This document shows, one piece after another, positions 20,328 to 29,083 of a stretch of 61,633 nucleotides of DNA. Made by a program: the position numbers and the translations under genes. The notes under the pieces are model-generated. The model was not told the origin of the DNA and searched no databases. It saw only the letters and a list, made by a program, of their open reading frames with translations. The stretch is from positions 1-61,633 of IMG/VR virus record IMGVR_UViG_3300010234_000011, one strand, 5' to 3'. Numbering within the stretch: the stretch's first letter is position 1; each line of letters opens with the position of its first letter. Source of the stretch: a virus (taxonomy: Duplodnaviria > Caudoviricetes).

Positions 20328-20627
20328 TTACGGTGTCGATACCGTTACGGTTCCCACGGCACCTGTCCCAGACACCCCCGAAACGTGCGGAATCCTCGAT
20401 ACAACCACTTTTAGTACGCCATCGACCTGAAAAACAGTCCCCGTCTCTAGCCCAGCGTCCCCCCCGGATTGCAGGTTTGTGAACACCGTGAAGGTGTTAC
20501 GCCCCTCTCCGGGGTTCCGCGCTTGCTGGGTGTACAGCGCAATGGAGCGAACCAACTCCGCCATGTAGCGGTGTTCGTAGTCCATCGGAGGGACTGGAAA
20601 GTATGGTATGGGGGCATTACGGCTCAT
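20328..20627 (-). CDS. small virion/tail protein
   Basis: Follows the nozzle gene; ends in GVSGTGAVGTVTV. Confidence 0.6.
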   Translation of the reverse strand: MSRNAPIPYFPVPPMDYEHRYMAELVRSIALYTQQARNPGEGRNTFTVFTNLQSGGDAGLETGTVFQVDGVLKVVVSRIPHVSGVSGTGAVGTVTVSTP

Positions 20628-22519
20628 CAGGCCCTACCGTCCGGTCGAATGTTTATGCGGGGTATGCCCAGCCGCCAAGAGGTGTTGTACTGATCTGACT
20701 CAAACCGCAGCGACATAGCCCTCGCACGGAGTCGGATGTATTGCTCTTTGGTGTATTTCTCCACCGGGACAGATGCCGACCGCGTGACCGCGCCGTCTTC
20801 TTCTTTCGTTAGATAACCACCGCCGGGCCAATCCTTGGCCTTGATTGTTAGTGTGGCGGAAGGGGTGCCAGTAGAAGAACGGAAGGTAACATCGGGAATA
20901 ACCCTATCCGCGAATAAGTACCGATCCCCCGCATCCATATCTACAGGACTGGATTCTATGTACGAACTGATGCCGACCGGGGGGTTTTCGCTGCCGTCAT
21001 TGATGCCAACTTCCTGATAATACAGGTAATTGTCTGTACCTGCGGCTATGGAGTCCAAGAACACACCAGCCTGCTCCCAAGCCGTCCTCGCCATGCTGCC
21101 GTAGTACCACAACTGCTCTTGGTAGTTATATACCACATACCTGTCGTTTGTCGTGGAATCAGCGGACGGATAGAACCACCAGACCTCCGAATGCTCCGCG
21201 TTGTTCCCGCAGGCCACTTTGTTCTTCTGACTGCGGTTGAAGTTGCTGAACACATACTCAAGGACGGGGCATGAGATTTGTTGCACTGTGCCGTCGTACA
21301 CATGGAAATCTCCGTCGCCCATCCAGAATACAGCATCGCCAATGGATACTGCGCAGTTTGGACCCAGCGCCGTGACCGCCGTGGAAATCTCTGTAACGCC
21401 GAACGTAAACGGCGCCCCCAAATACTGAACAACATGCGCAGAAATATCTGTAAGCACCAGAACTTGCTGCCTAGTCCTGATCGCTGTGATGATCTCACTG
21501 CCACTACTAATCCGAATACTTCCCGCAGTGGTGTCAGCGCGAGTCTCCCACTCGGTGATGTCTTCTTGGTCACAAAACCGAATAAGGAGCGGGTCTTGCG
21601 TACCTATATTGTCCTCCGGGTCGCATCCGAAGGCCATAGCGTGCCTATCGCTGCTAGAGGTAATCACAACTCTCGCGATTGTCGGCGCAAGGTTGGAACC
21701 GGACAAAGAGGATAGCGCAACGGCGCGGGTGGTTAACGCACCTGTCCTGTCCCAATAGTAAACGCCGCCATTGCGAACGCAAAACAGCAAATCTTCGCCG
21801 TAGTTGTCGTGGGACCATGTACGAAGCTGCGAGCTAGTAACTGTGGTATCCGCGCTGTCGTTCCAGCCCCTCGTAGAACTGCGCGGGTTAGTAGCATCCG
21901 CCTCCCATACACCTGCCCCCCATCCGTTACCAAAAGCTACAGAGTCCAGCCCCGTGTTGATCTGGTACGCCCCAACGACAGAAGCGCCGCCGTCCCCGGC
22001 TTCGTCTGCGGCGATTGCAGCGTCCGTAACCTCAAACGTGTATGTGTTCCCGGTGAGAATGGCCGTGATCTGATGCTCCGCATTAAGCACGGCAGCGGTG
22101 ACGGTCCCCCCAAGCGTGACCGCCCCGGAGAAGGTAACAAAGTCCCCAATGGCAGCAGCGTGACCAGCGTCGGTCACCGTAATGGTGGTAGACTCGTCGG
22201 TCGCAGAAAAGGTCACATCGCCAGCGGCGGTCGTGACGCGGACTGGCGTTACGTCGTAGTAGTCCTGCCCTTCGAGGATGTAGTATTTCAGGTGGGTGCC
22301 GATGCCCAGATATTTGGAGTTGTCCAGCGCAACCCAAGAGTGCAGAGCGCGGCATGTGCCCTGAAAAGTCGTGGGCGCAACCTTTTCCCATCCACCAATC
22401 GTCTCAGGAAACCCCTGCCGAAACCGGACCTTGTCGCAGTCGATCCAGCCGCCCTCGTTAGCGTGGGGCGTGATATCGCGGTTGATTCCGGGCCGGAACT
22501 GGAGTGGGGTATACGCCAT
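20627..22519 (-). CDS. tail nozzle / tail tubular protein B (P22 gp10-like, beta-propeller)
   Basis: 630 aa, beta-rich; F.PGI..D.T...EGGW.D.DKVRFR.G.PE.IGGW N-terminus; position in a podovirus tail block. Confidence 0.7.
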   Translation of the reverse strand: MAYTPLQFRPGINRDITPHANEGGWIDCDKVRFRQGFPETIGGWEKVAPTTFQGTCRALHSWVALDNSKYLGIGTHLKYYILEGQDYYDVTPVRVTTAAGDVTFSATDESTTITVTDAGHAAAIGDFVTFSGAVTLGGTVTAAVLNAEHQITAILTGNTYTFEVTDAAIAADEAGDGGASVVGAYQINTGLDSVAFGNGWGAGVWEADATNPRSSTRGWNDSADTTVTSSQLRTWSHDNYGEDLLFCVRNGGVYYWDRTGALTTRAVALSSLSGSNLAPTIARVVITSSSDRHAMAFGCDPEDNIGTQDPLLIRFCDQEDITEWETRADTTAGSIRISSGSEIITAIRTRQQVLVLTDISAHVVQYLGAPFTFGVTEISTAVTALGPNCAVSIGDAVFWMGDGDFHVYDGTVQQISCPVLEYVFSNFNRSQKNKVACGNNAEHSEVWWFYPSADSTTNDRYVVYNYQEQLWYYGSMARTAWEQAGVFLDSIAAGTDNYLYYQEVGINDGSENPPVGISSYIESSPVDMDAGDRYLFADRVIPDVTFRSSTGTPSATLTIKAKDWPGGGYLTKEEDGAVTRSASVPVEKYTKEQYIRLRARAMSLRFESDQYNTSWRLGIPRINIRPDGRA

Positions 22520-22520
22520 C

Positions 22521-23873
22521 CTAGTCGTCCGTACCGCTGGATAATGTGTAGTGAATCTTCACGCCGTGCAGTCGTGCATTCACGTCTAGGTCATCTCCAG
22601 CGTCTGAGACATCCCTATATACCTCGAAATAAACCCACTCCTCCGCGCCCGGCGAACCAGCTACGGTGATTGCAGCGGTTTCCGCCGTTATCATCACATC
22701 GTCGTCGGTCGCAGAGTGGTCTTGCGCAGCCGCCCCGACCGCTGTGCCGAGTGCTGTTGTGAGCGCGTCATTGGACGCATAGGCCCCGGCGCGGATAAAC
22801 CACCGTACACCATCATTATCCGGCGATTGTCCGGTGGCGGACCAGACAAACTGAGCGACCAAAGTGCCCTCGTCCCAGCCTTTTGGCATCTGGATACCAA
22901 ATCCGCAGAATTGAGCCGAAGAGCTATCAAAGTCCATCGTGCGAAGGGCGATCAAGCTGGTGGCGATCTCCACCGAGTTTAACGTAGCGGCAGCAGTAGT
23001 AACCCTTGGAATCATCGCACCGGCAGGCATCCAGATGGTCTGCTGACCGATAGTCCCACCATCAGCAGCGGCAATGGCTGTGCCTGCTGTGTAGATGTTG
23101 TTCCCATCGACAGCCACAACACCCGCCCCAGAGCGGGTAAGCGTAGTGTCGCTGGCAGCAACCTCGATGCCATTAAACTGAGGCGTGTCCCCTGTACCAA
23201 GGCCAAGGCTGGTCAGAGCAGTGGCCCCACTCTCCCAAGCAAGTGCGCCCGCGCCCGTACCAACAAGGAACTCGCTGTCCGCAGCGTTGGCCCCGGTGGT
23301 GTTCAGGTCATCCAGAACGTCGCCTTGCGCCTGTGCGCCGAGGCTGGTCCGGGCAGTGGCACCGCTTTCGGCTACCCAGTTCGAGCCGTCTCCCACAATG
23401 ACGTTACCGTCCGTCACTGCGAGTGCAGCAATGTCTCGGAGTCCCGCGTCCCCAGCAGTTAGGGTTGCCGAGAGATCGACGACCTCCGCACCTGCGCCCG
23501 CACCGTCACAATAAACAATGGCGCTTGCGCCGTCAGTGACGGTAACATTTCCCCCAGAACCCTGCGTGAGGATCACGCTCTCACCAGAACTATTAAGGAC
23601 GTGGAACATCCGGGCGGAGTCGTTAGGTGAGATAGTTACGGTGTTCGTCCCACTAGGGCTTCCTGAGAACACAAGAACCCCGTAATGGCCGTCTGAAAGC
23701 GATCCGTCTGATACGGTCAGGGTGTGTGTCGTGCCGCTCAGTGTAATAGTGCCAGCAACACCCACCATTCTTTCCAGAATCTGTAGGTTATTACTGGTGA
23801 TATCTCCCCAGCTACCGGCTTTCTCGCCGTCAGCCATGATCTCAAGGCCACCGGTGGAGTAGGTACTAGCCAT
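22521..23873 (-). CDS. tail fibre protein
   Basis: MASTYS..GLE....GE..GSWG anchor; fibre repeats (SGATARTSLG); C-terminal domain paralogous to 28334..29065. Confidence 0.75.
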   Translation of the reverse strand: MASTYSTGGLEIMADGEKAGSWGDITSNNLQILERMVGVAGTITLSGTTHTLTVSDGSLSDGHYGVLVFSGSPSGTNTVTISPNDSARMFHVLNSSGESVILTQGSGGNVTVTDGASAIVYCDGAGAGAEVVDLSATLTAGDAGLRDIAALAVTDGNVIVGDGSNWVAESGATARTSLGAQAQGDVLDDLNTTGANAADSEFLVGTGAGALAWESGATALTSLGLGTGDTPQFNGIEVAASDTTLTRSGAGVVAVDGNNIYTAGTAIAAADGGTIGQQTIWMPAGAMIPRVTTAAATLNSVEIATSLIALRTMDFDSSSAQFCGFGIQMPKGWDEGTLVAQFVWSATGQSPDNDGVRWFIRAGAYASNDALTTALGTAVGAAAQDHSATDDDVMITAETAAITVAGSPGAEEWVYFEVYRDVSDAGDDLDVNARLHGVKIHYTLSSGTDD

Positions 23874-23931
23874 AATGGCCTCCTGTGTGTTTCGACGGCA
23901 CTATACGCATTACACAAACCCCTAGCTAGAG

Positions 23932-24831
23932 TTATGCGGCTATCTTAGTCCAAATCGTCCCCGGCGAGGGGGTTATTTCCGTCCAAGTAGTCCCCGGCGA
24001 GGGGGTTACCTCCGCCCAAGAGGTTCCGGGGCTAGGTACAATCCGCCCCCACACCGTGGCGAATCCGACGGAGCCAGTAGCAGATACACCCGTGACCGCG
24101 ACATTAGCGTCGCCAGTGACGGTAACAGAGCCAACCGCGCCTGTACCAGCGACCCCGGATGGGAATGTGGTGCAGCCAAGGGACAGGCCGACCCCGCCCA
24201 CAGCGCCCGTGCCAGCGACTCCAGAGACCGCGACATTGGCGTCCCCCGTTGCTACTGCCGCTCCAGCCGAACCCGTACCAAACACCCCCGTCAGGGGCAC
24301 ATTGGTTTGCACAGTTACCGTGACAGCGCCAGCGGCACCCGTGCCAGATACACCCGTTACGCTTACAACGTGCCGAATAGAAACAGCCTCAGAGCCAACA
24401 ACGCCCGTGCCAGACACCCCGGCCAGAGATACATTGGCGTCGCCAGTAACGGTAACAGAGCCGACACTTCCGGTGCCCGCGACCCCAGTCGGGGTGACAT
24501 TGGCTTCAGCAATTACTGTGACAGAGCCGACTGCGCCTGTGCCAGATACACCCGTAACAGCGGGAGAAATGTTAACAGACGAGGTTGCCGTCCCGACGGA
24601 GCCAGTAGCAGATACACCCGTAACATTGGCCGTTGCTACACCTGTAGCGGTGGCCGTCCCGACAGCGCCCGTGGCCGACACACCTGTGACCGAGACGTTA
24701 GCGTCACCAGTAACGGTGACAGAACCAACCGCGCCTGTGCCAGCGACCCCGGTAGCCGCAGCGCTAGTTATCGGCGTAGCATCACTATTCGCCGCTAGGG
24801 GGGCACTTGCGAGAGGCGAAAAACCAAGCAT
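23932..24831 (-). CDS. Gly/Val/Thr/Ala repeat structural protein
   Basis: MLGFSPLAS.PLA start; 11 copies of xGVxGTGxVGxVTV; three C-terminal PSPGTxW repeats. Confidence 0.7.
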   Translation of the reverse strand: MLGFSPLASAPLAANSDATPITSAAATGVAGTGAVGSVTVTGDANVSVTGVSATGAVGTATATGVATANVTGVSATGSVGTATSSVNISPAVTGVSGTGAVGSVTVIAEANVTPTGVAGTGSVGSVTVTGDANVSLAGVSGTGVVGSEAVSIRHVVSVTGVSGTGAAGAVTVTVQTNVPLTGVFGTGSAGAAVATGDANVAVSGVAGTGAVGGVGLSLGCTTFPSGVAGTGAVGSVTVTGDANVAVTGVSATGSVGFATVWGRIVPSPGTSWAEVTPSPGTTWTEITPSPGTIWTKIAA

Positions 24832-25175
24832 CAGGTCGGCTCGTGTCTAGTGGATGTGGATAGTCTACAGGCCATCCCCCGAAGCATAAAGTCCCCCCAC
24901 CCTTCAATTCGGTCAGGGGTTCTGGTGGTGGGTGGTTCCGCTGTGAGCAGGGCGATATGGGGGTTTTCGGAACTCCAATACCAAACACGCATCCCAAGAT
25001 GCGCGGCTATATTCGGCCACGAATAGCCAAATTTCTTAGCAGAAAGGCAAGTATTTGGCTCAAATTTCGAGACCATGCAGTGGTCTCCATACCACTTGCA
25101 CTCGCTAGCCATCGCCGCATTGGCAGCAAAAAGCCAAAGCAGGGCACCAAGGCCAAGGGCTATGAGGCGGGTCAT
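24831..25175 (-). CDS. secreted Cys-containing hypothetical protein
   Basis: Signal-peptide-like MTRLIALGLGALLWLFAANAAMA; 4 Cys; overlaps both neighbours. Confidence 0.55.
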   Translation of the reverse strand: MTRLIALGLGALLWLFAANAAMASECKWYGDHCMVSKFEPNTCLSAKKFGYSWPNIAAHLGMRVWYWSSENPHIALLTAEPPTTRTPDRIEGWGDFMLRGMACRLSTSTRHEPT

Positions 25176-25390
25176 CTCCTACACCCCGCGTCCAGTTTGA
25201 CGATCAACTCCGCCGCCGCGATCCGAACATCAGGATGCGGTTGCCGCTCCACCACGGCCTGCGCCAGAACGTCAGTTGCCCCCGCAGTGCCATCGCAGAT
25301 GGCCGCGCTAGTCCCGATCCTCACCGTCTCGCACCCGGCGATTGAGAAAACGGTTAGCAAGAGAAAGGTCGTCATGTATCGTTGCACCAT
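25172..25390 (-). CDS. putative o-spanin (Rz1-like lipoprotein)
   Basis: ATG 25390 after gaggag; hydrophobic stretch plus lipobox IAG-C; overlaps the end of the i-spanin candidate. Confidence 0.65.
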   Translation of the reverse strand: MVQRYMTTFLLLTVFSIAGCETVRIGTSAAICDGTAGATDVLAQAVVERQPHPDVRIAAAELIVKLDAGCRR

Positions 25391-25565
25391 CAATCTCCTC
25401 GCGCGTCTCGATCTGATTCCGCAGCGCCGTGTTCTCAGCCTTTTGCCGCCCTGTCTTGCGGCCAAGCAGGAAAGCCCCAATCACCCCGCCACAAGCGGCT
25501 AAGGCGCTGATTAGTGCGACGAACAGGCTAGTCAACGCAACGTCACCGGAGAGGTTGTGATCCAC
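25308..25565 (-). CDS. putative i-spanin (Rz-like); true start possibly TTG at 25535
   Basis: N-terminal TM segment then a charged coiled coil; between the holin and the lipoprotein. Confidence 0.6.
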   Translation of the reverse strand: MDHNLSGDVALTSLFVALISALAACGGVIGAFLLGRKTGRQKAENTALRNQIETREEIDGATIHDDLSLANRFLNRRVRDGEDRD

Positions 25566-25723
25566 CGTAGGACGATGTTCGCCGCGATAACAGCAACGGC
25601 AAGGCCACTCTGCTGAGAGGCCGTCAGGAGGTCAGTTACACCTGCGATCTCAACGCCCGTGATTGCACCAGCGATGATGTTGACCCACATCGTCTTGCTC
25701 ATCCAGAAAGGTTTCGAGTCCAT
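25532..25723 (-). CDS. putative holin
   Basis: 63 aa, two TM segments, K.FW.SKT.W.N start, NI.LR.IT..PV end; right after the endolysin. Confidence 0.7.
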   Translation of the reverse strand: MDSKPFWMSKTMWVNIIAGAITGVEIAGVTDLLTASQQSGLAVAVIAANIVLRWITTSPVTLR

Positions 25724-25724
25724 G

Positions 25725-26261
25725 TCATTTACTCCGTGTGAAGAAAGATTTCAGTGCTGCCAAGATGGCAGATAGCAGGCCCACCGCAGGCTCTGGACGT
25801 GCAGGAGGGGGCTTGGCCATGCCCGCGACGGGTTTCGGGCGGTATACACCAATCAGGCGTGATTTGCGATACCACTTTTCATTGACGGCGTTGTCCTGAT
25901 TACCGCCTAGGCAGAGGATGGACTTGTCTGTCTGTTTGACGAAAAACGCAACATGACCGGACCAACCGTTGTTGCCGCGTTCAAACACTACAATATCCCC
26001 CTCTTGGGCGTCTGCCAGCTTTACCTTTGTGTTCGACGGTGTGTCGGCATAGCTTCTGGCGTTCAGCTTGCCTGTGAAGCGATACCCGCCCCGCATCAGC
26101 ATCGAACCGACAAACGCAGCACACCACGGCGTCTCATCATCGCTGACCCAGCTATGGCCTACGTCTGCAAACCACTGAACCACTAATGGATTGTGTCGCC
26201 GCCCCACGATTTCCTTAGTGCCGATGAAGGTGCGGGCCAACTCATATGCTGCGTTAGTCAT
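25725..26261 (-). CDS. endolysin, TIGR02594-like NlpC/P60 (CHAP-type) peptidase
   Basis: DETPWCAAFVG, GDIVVF.RG, GHVAFF, LGGNQ. Confidence 0.88.
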   Translation of the reverse strand: MTNAAYELARTFIGTKEIVGRRHNPLVVQWFADVGHSWVSDDETPWCAAFVGSMLMRGGYRFTGKLNARSYADTPSNTKVKLADAQEGDIVVFERGNNGWSGHVAFFVKQTDKSILCLGGNQDNAVNEKWYRKSRLIGVYRPKPVAGMAKPPPARPEPAVGLLSAILAALKSFFTRSK

Positions 26262-26334
26262 TTCTTGTCTCTCCCGTTCCCTTTGCCGTTATCGCTAGCC
26301 ACCGCTGCCATTACTACTTGGAAACCAAGCAGTC

Positions 26335-26508
26335 TCATTTCAAAAGCCCCTCTATAAGCTGCCGGAAAGCCAGCCAGCCCCCGGCGATGGCTGCAATCCA
26401 GATGGCGACGGCTTTGGCCCCACTGATAAGCCATTGACGCCGGGCATCAGCCGTGATGATCTCACGCAGCGCGGTCAGCTCTTCGTCAGAGAGGGGTCGC
26501 TGGGTCAT
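26335..26508 (-). CDS. small single-TM protein (holin/antiholin candidate); not in the ORF track
   Basis: MTQRPLSDEELTALREIITADARRQWLISGAKAVAIWIAAIAGGWLAFRQLIEGLLK, upstream of the endolysin. Confidence 0.55.
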   Translation of the reverse strand: MTQRPLSDEELTALREIITADARRQWLISGAKAVAIWIAAIAGGWLAFRQLIEGLLK

Positions 26509-26517
26509 CTAAATCAC

Positions 26518-27195
26518 CTAGGCAGGCACGCTAGGGAATGCTGGGCGCAGCGCGAAATGTCCTGCGTCCCAAGAATCAGAAGTGGAACTGAACGCTGACG
26601 GGTTGTCCGCGCCCGCAACAGTATCAAATTGTGTGCTGAACCCGATTGAACAACCAGCACCACCCGAACCAACATCGTCATAGTACGAAACCAAAGCTGC
26701 ACCATCCCAACTGTGGGACATTGTGGTGATATCGTCGTCTAGAACACCGTAAATGCACCTAAGTGCGTTGTTGGTTATGGTAGTTTGGGAGGGAGGGTCT
26801 GGCGAGCCGGTCCCTTCAGCAAAGGTCGCTGTGCCGTCGATGGGTGTTGATGTGTCTACATACCTAAACGCCACCGCCATGTTCATGGAGGTGCTGCTGC
26901 TAATCAAACCAGACGCGGTTGTATCCGGCGTTGCCCCCATAATTTTGTAACAAGACTGCGAATGAGAGCCTGTTCCGCCGTCGCCTAAAATGGATGTGTA
27001 CCCCGTAGCAGTCGCCGTTCCGGAGCCGTCACCTCCAGAAATGATAATTACAACGTCATCTTCTAGGAGGCCGGTCGGCAGAGTGATCGTCCCTGTCGAT
27101 TTAGCTACAGTGACACTGCCCACCTGTATAATGGCGGACTCAACGCCGACACCGCCACCAGCCCCAAACCCAACGAGATTGTTGACTCTGAGCAT
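26518..27195 (-). CDS. putative receptor-binding/fibre tip protein (paralog of 27651..28334)
   Basis: MLRVNNLVGFG start; shared blocks with its paralog. Confidence 0.6.
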   Translation of the reverse strand: MLRVNNLVGFGAGGGVGVESAIIQVGSVTVAKSTGTITLPTGLLEDDVVIIISGGDGSGTATATGYTSILGDGGTGSHSQSCYKIMGATPDTTASGLISSSTSMNMAVAFRYVDTSTPIDGTATFAEGTGSPDPPSQTTITNNALRCIYGVLDDDITTMSHSWDGAALVSYYDDVGSGGAGCSIGFSTQFDTVAGADNPSAFSSTSDSWDAGHFALRPAFPSVPA

Positions 27196-27196
27196 T

Positions 27197-27625
27197 TCAG
27201 AACTTGCTCCGCAGCCACGCCTTGAATTGAGCGGCGGTGATCGTGCCTTGGCCCTTCAGGACACGCACGTCATTCACCACCTCGAACAGCGCAGCGCCAA
27301 GCACCTTGTCAATGCTAGACGCCTGACCCAATCGGTCCATTGCGTTGTCCTGACGCTGCTCAACCTCTGCGTCGATCTCTGCCTGCGTTTTGGCAACCCC
27401 TGCAATCCACACCTGCTCTACCCGATCAGCCAGAATGGCGTCATTATCCCTGACGGGGGCATGTTGTATTTCGGGGGTGTAAACAGGCTGGGGCGCTACA
27501 ATGTAGGGGAGCCACCAAGGTTTTCCCACTGCCTGCGCAGCGGCAGGTGACAGGTGGTTATCCGCATTGTCGAAGTCCTTGAACCCCAACAGATTTGTCC
27601 CATCAGTCTTTACATACCTAGTCAT
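27197..27625 (-). CDS. putative tail fibre assembly chaperone
   Basis: Located between the two RBP paralogs; V.Q.W......AEI.A pattern. Confidence 0.45.
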   Translation of the reverse strand: MTRYVKTDGTNLLGFKDFDNADNHLSPAAAQAVGKPWWLPYIVAPQPVYTPEIQHAPVRDNDAILADRVEQVWIAGVAKTQAEIDAEVEQRQDNAMDRLGQASSIDKVLGAALFEVVNDVRVLKGQGTITAAQFKAWLRSKF

Positions 27626-27650
27626 GAGTCATTCTCCATATACATATCCA

Positions 27651-28334
27651 TTACCCCCTCCTAAGTCCGAAGTGGACACCTTGCCATGCGTCGTTACCTG
27701 CGCCAGTGCAGACCGGCGGGTCTACTGCGCCAGATGACACACTAAGCAAGTCAGCCACAATGTATGTTCCGCCGTTACCAGAGGCTCCGTCCCAAAGAAA
27801 GTTTATGGTGTTTAGCGAACCGGCTTCCCACGAATGGGCCATCGTGGCGTCCTTATCGTCATCCAAATAATTAACAACAACCCTGAGAATGTTAGACCGC
27901 GTGGTCGTCATGGACGGCGCGTTAGGTAGTCCGAAACCGCCGTTTGCCACTTCCGTCGTACCATTGAATGGGTTCGTAGAATTTACATACCTGTAAGCCA
28001 TGCACCAGTTTGAGGATTTGGAACTACCATGCAGTCCCGTGGCTGATGTGTCCGGGGTTGCCCCCATAAACTTATACCACGCTGCGACCCGCGCGCCGTA
28101 GCCGTTGTCCCGGAAAATCTCAGTATATCCAGACTCCGCAGGCCCGTCGGAAACGCCAATATCAGTCTCATCGTCGCATGTCCCAACAATTACAAAGTCA
28201 CCTTCGGCCAGCCCGGCGGGCAATGTTATAGAACCGGTGCCGTCAACAGTGTTTGGCGTGCCAACAGCCTCGATAGGCGGACCGAAGTCCCCGTCTGCCA
28301 TGCCAAAACCCGTAAGATTATTCACAAGGTGCAT
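27651..28334 (-). CDS. putative receptor-binding/fibre tip protein (paralog of 26518..27195)
   Basis: MHLVNNLTGFG start; shared blocks YKxMGATPDT, LDDD...MxHSW. Confidence 0.6.
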   Translation of the reverse strand: MHLVNNLTGFGMADGDFGPPIEAVGTPNTVDGTGSITLPAGLAEGDFVIVGTCDDETDIGVSDGPAESGYTEIFRDNGYGARVAAWYKFMGATPDTSATGLHGSSKSSNWCMAYRYVNSTNPFNGTTEVANGGFGLPNAPSMTTTRSNILRVVVNYLDDDKDATMAHSWEAGSLNTINFLWDGASGNGGTYIVADLLSVSSGAVDPPVCTGAGNDAWQGVHFGLRRG

Positions 28335-29065
28335 TAGCTGTCATTCCCCGCATCAATGGCGTAATGGATTTTGATCCCGTGCAGTCGTGCATCCACAGCT
28401 AGGTCGTCGCTGGCATCACTCACATCCCGGTAAACTTGGAAGATGACATACTCCTCTGCACCCGGCGATCCAGCCACTGTTATAGCCCCACTCTCCGGGC
28501 TGATGTAAATGTCGTCTGTCGTCCCGCCCGTGTCGGTCATTGAAACTGCCGTGCCAAACGCGGTGTCTCCGGCGTCGTCGTTAGCAAAGGCCACTGCCTG
28601 AAGAAAGAACACCACGCCAAAGTTGGTGGCCGTGGATGGGTGTGACCAGACGCACTGAGCAACCAGAGTACTCTCATCCCAGCCCTTCGGCATCTGGATG
28701 GCAAACTGAGCGTGTTCGTCAGCAGACGTGTCGAAGTCCAAACTCTGGAGCATGACCTTGTTGGTAGTCGTTTCGGCAGAACCAGACTCAGCGCCCGTGG
28801 TTGTCCGTGCCGTCATAGCCCCGGCAGGTATCCAGATCGTTTGCTGGCCAATCGGGTCGCCCGCCTGCGCCACTACATCTGTCCCGATAGCCAAGCCAAG
28901 ACTGGTCCGTGCAGTAGCGCCACTTTCCCACGCCAGCGCACCAGCGCCAGTGCCAACTAGAATCTCACCATCGGCAGAGTTAGCCCCTGTCGTGTTCAGG
29001 TCATCAAGGACAGCGCCCTGCGTCTGAACCCCGGCGGGGGCTATTTTTGACGATAGTGTAGCCAT
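28334..29065 (-). CDS. short tail fibre / adapter (paralog of the C-terminal half of 22521..23873)
   Basis: Near-identical VLDDLNTTGAN..D.E.LVGTGAGALAWESGATA and IGQQTIW...IQMPKGWDE...ARLHG.KIHY. Confidence 0.7.
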   Translation of the reverse strand: MATLSSKIAPAGVQTQGAVLDDLNTTGANSADGEILVGTGAGALAWESGATARTSLGLAIGTDVVAQAGDPIGQQTIWIPAGAMTARTTTGAESGSAETTTNKVMLQSLDFDTSADEHAQFAIQMPKGWDESTLVAQCVWSHPSTATNFGVVFFLQAVAFANDDAGDTAFGTAVSMTDTGGTTDDIYISPESGAITVAGSPGAEEYVIFQVYRDVSDASDDLAVDARLHGIKIHYAIDAGNDS

Positions 29066-29083
29066 GTCAGCCCTTTCGTTCTA

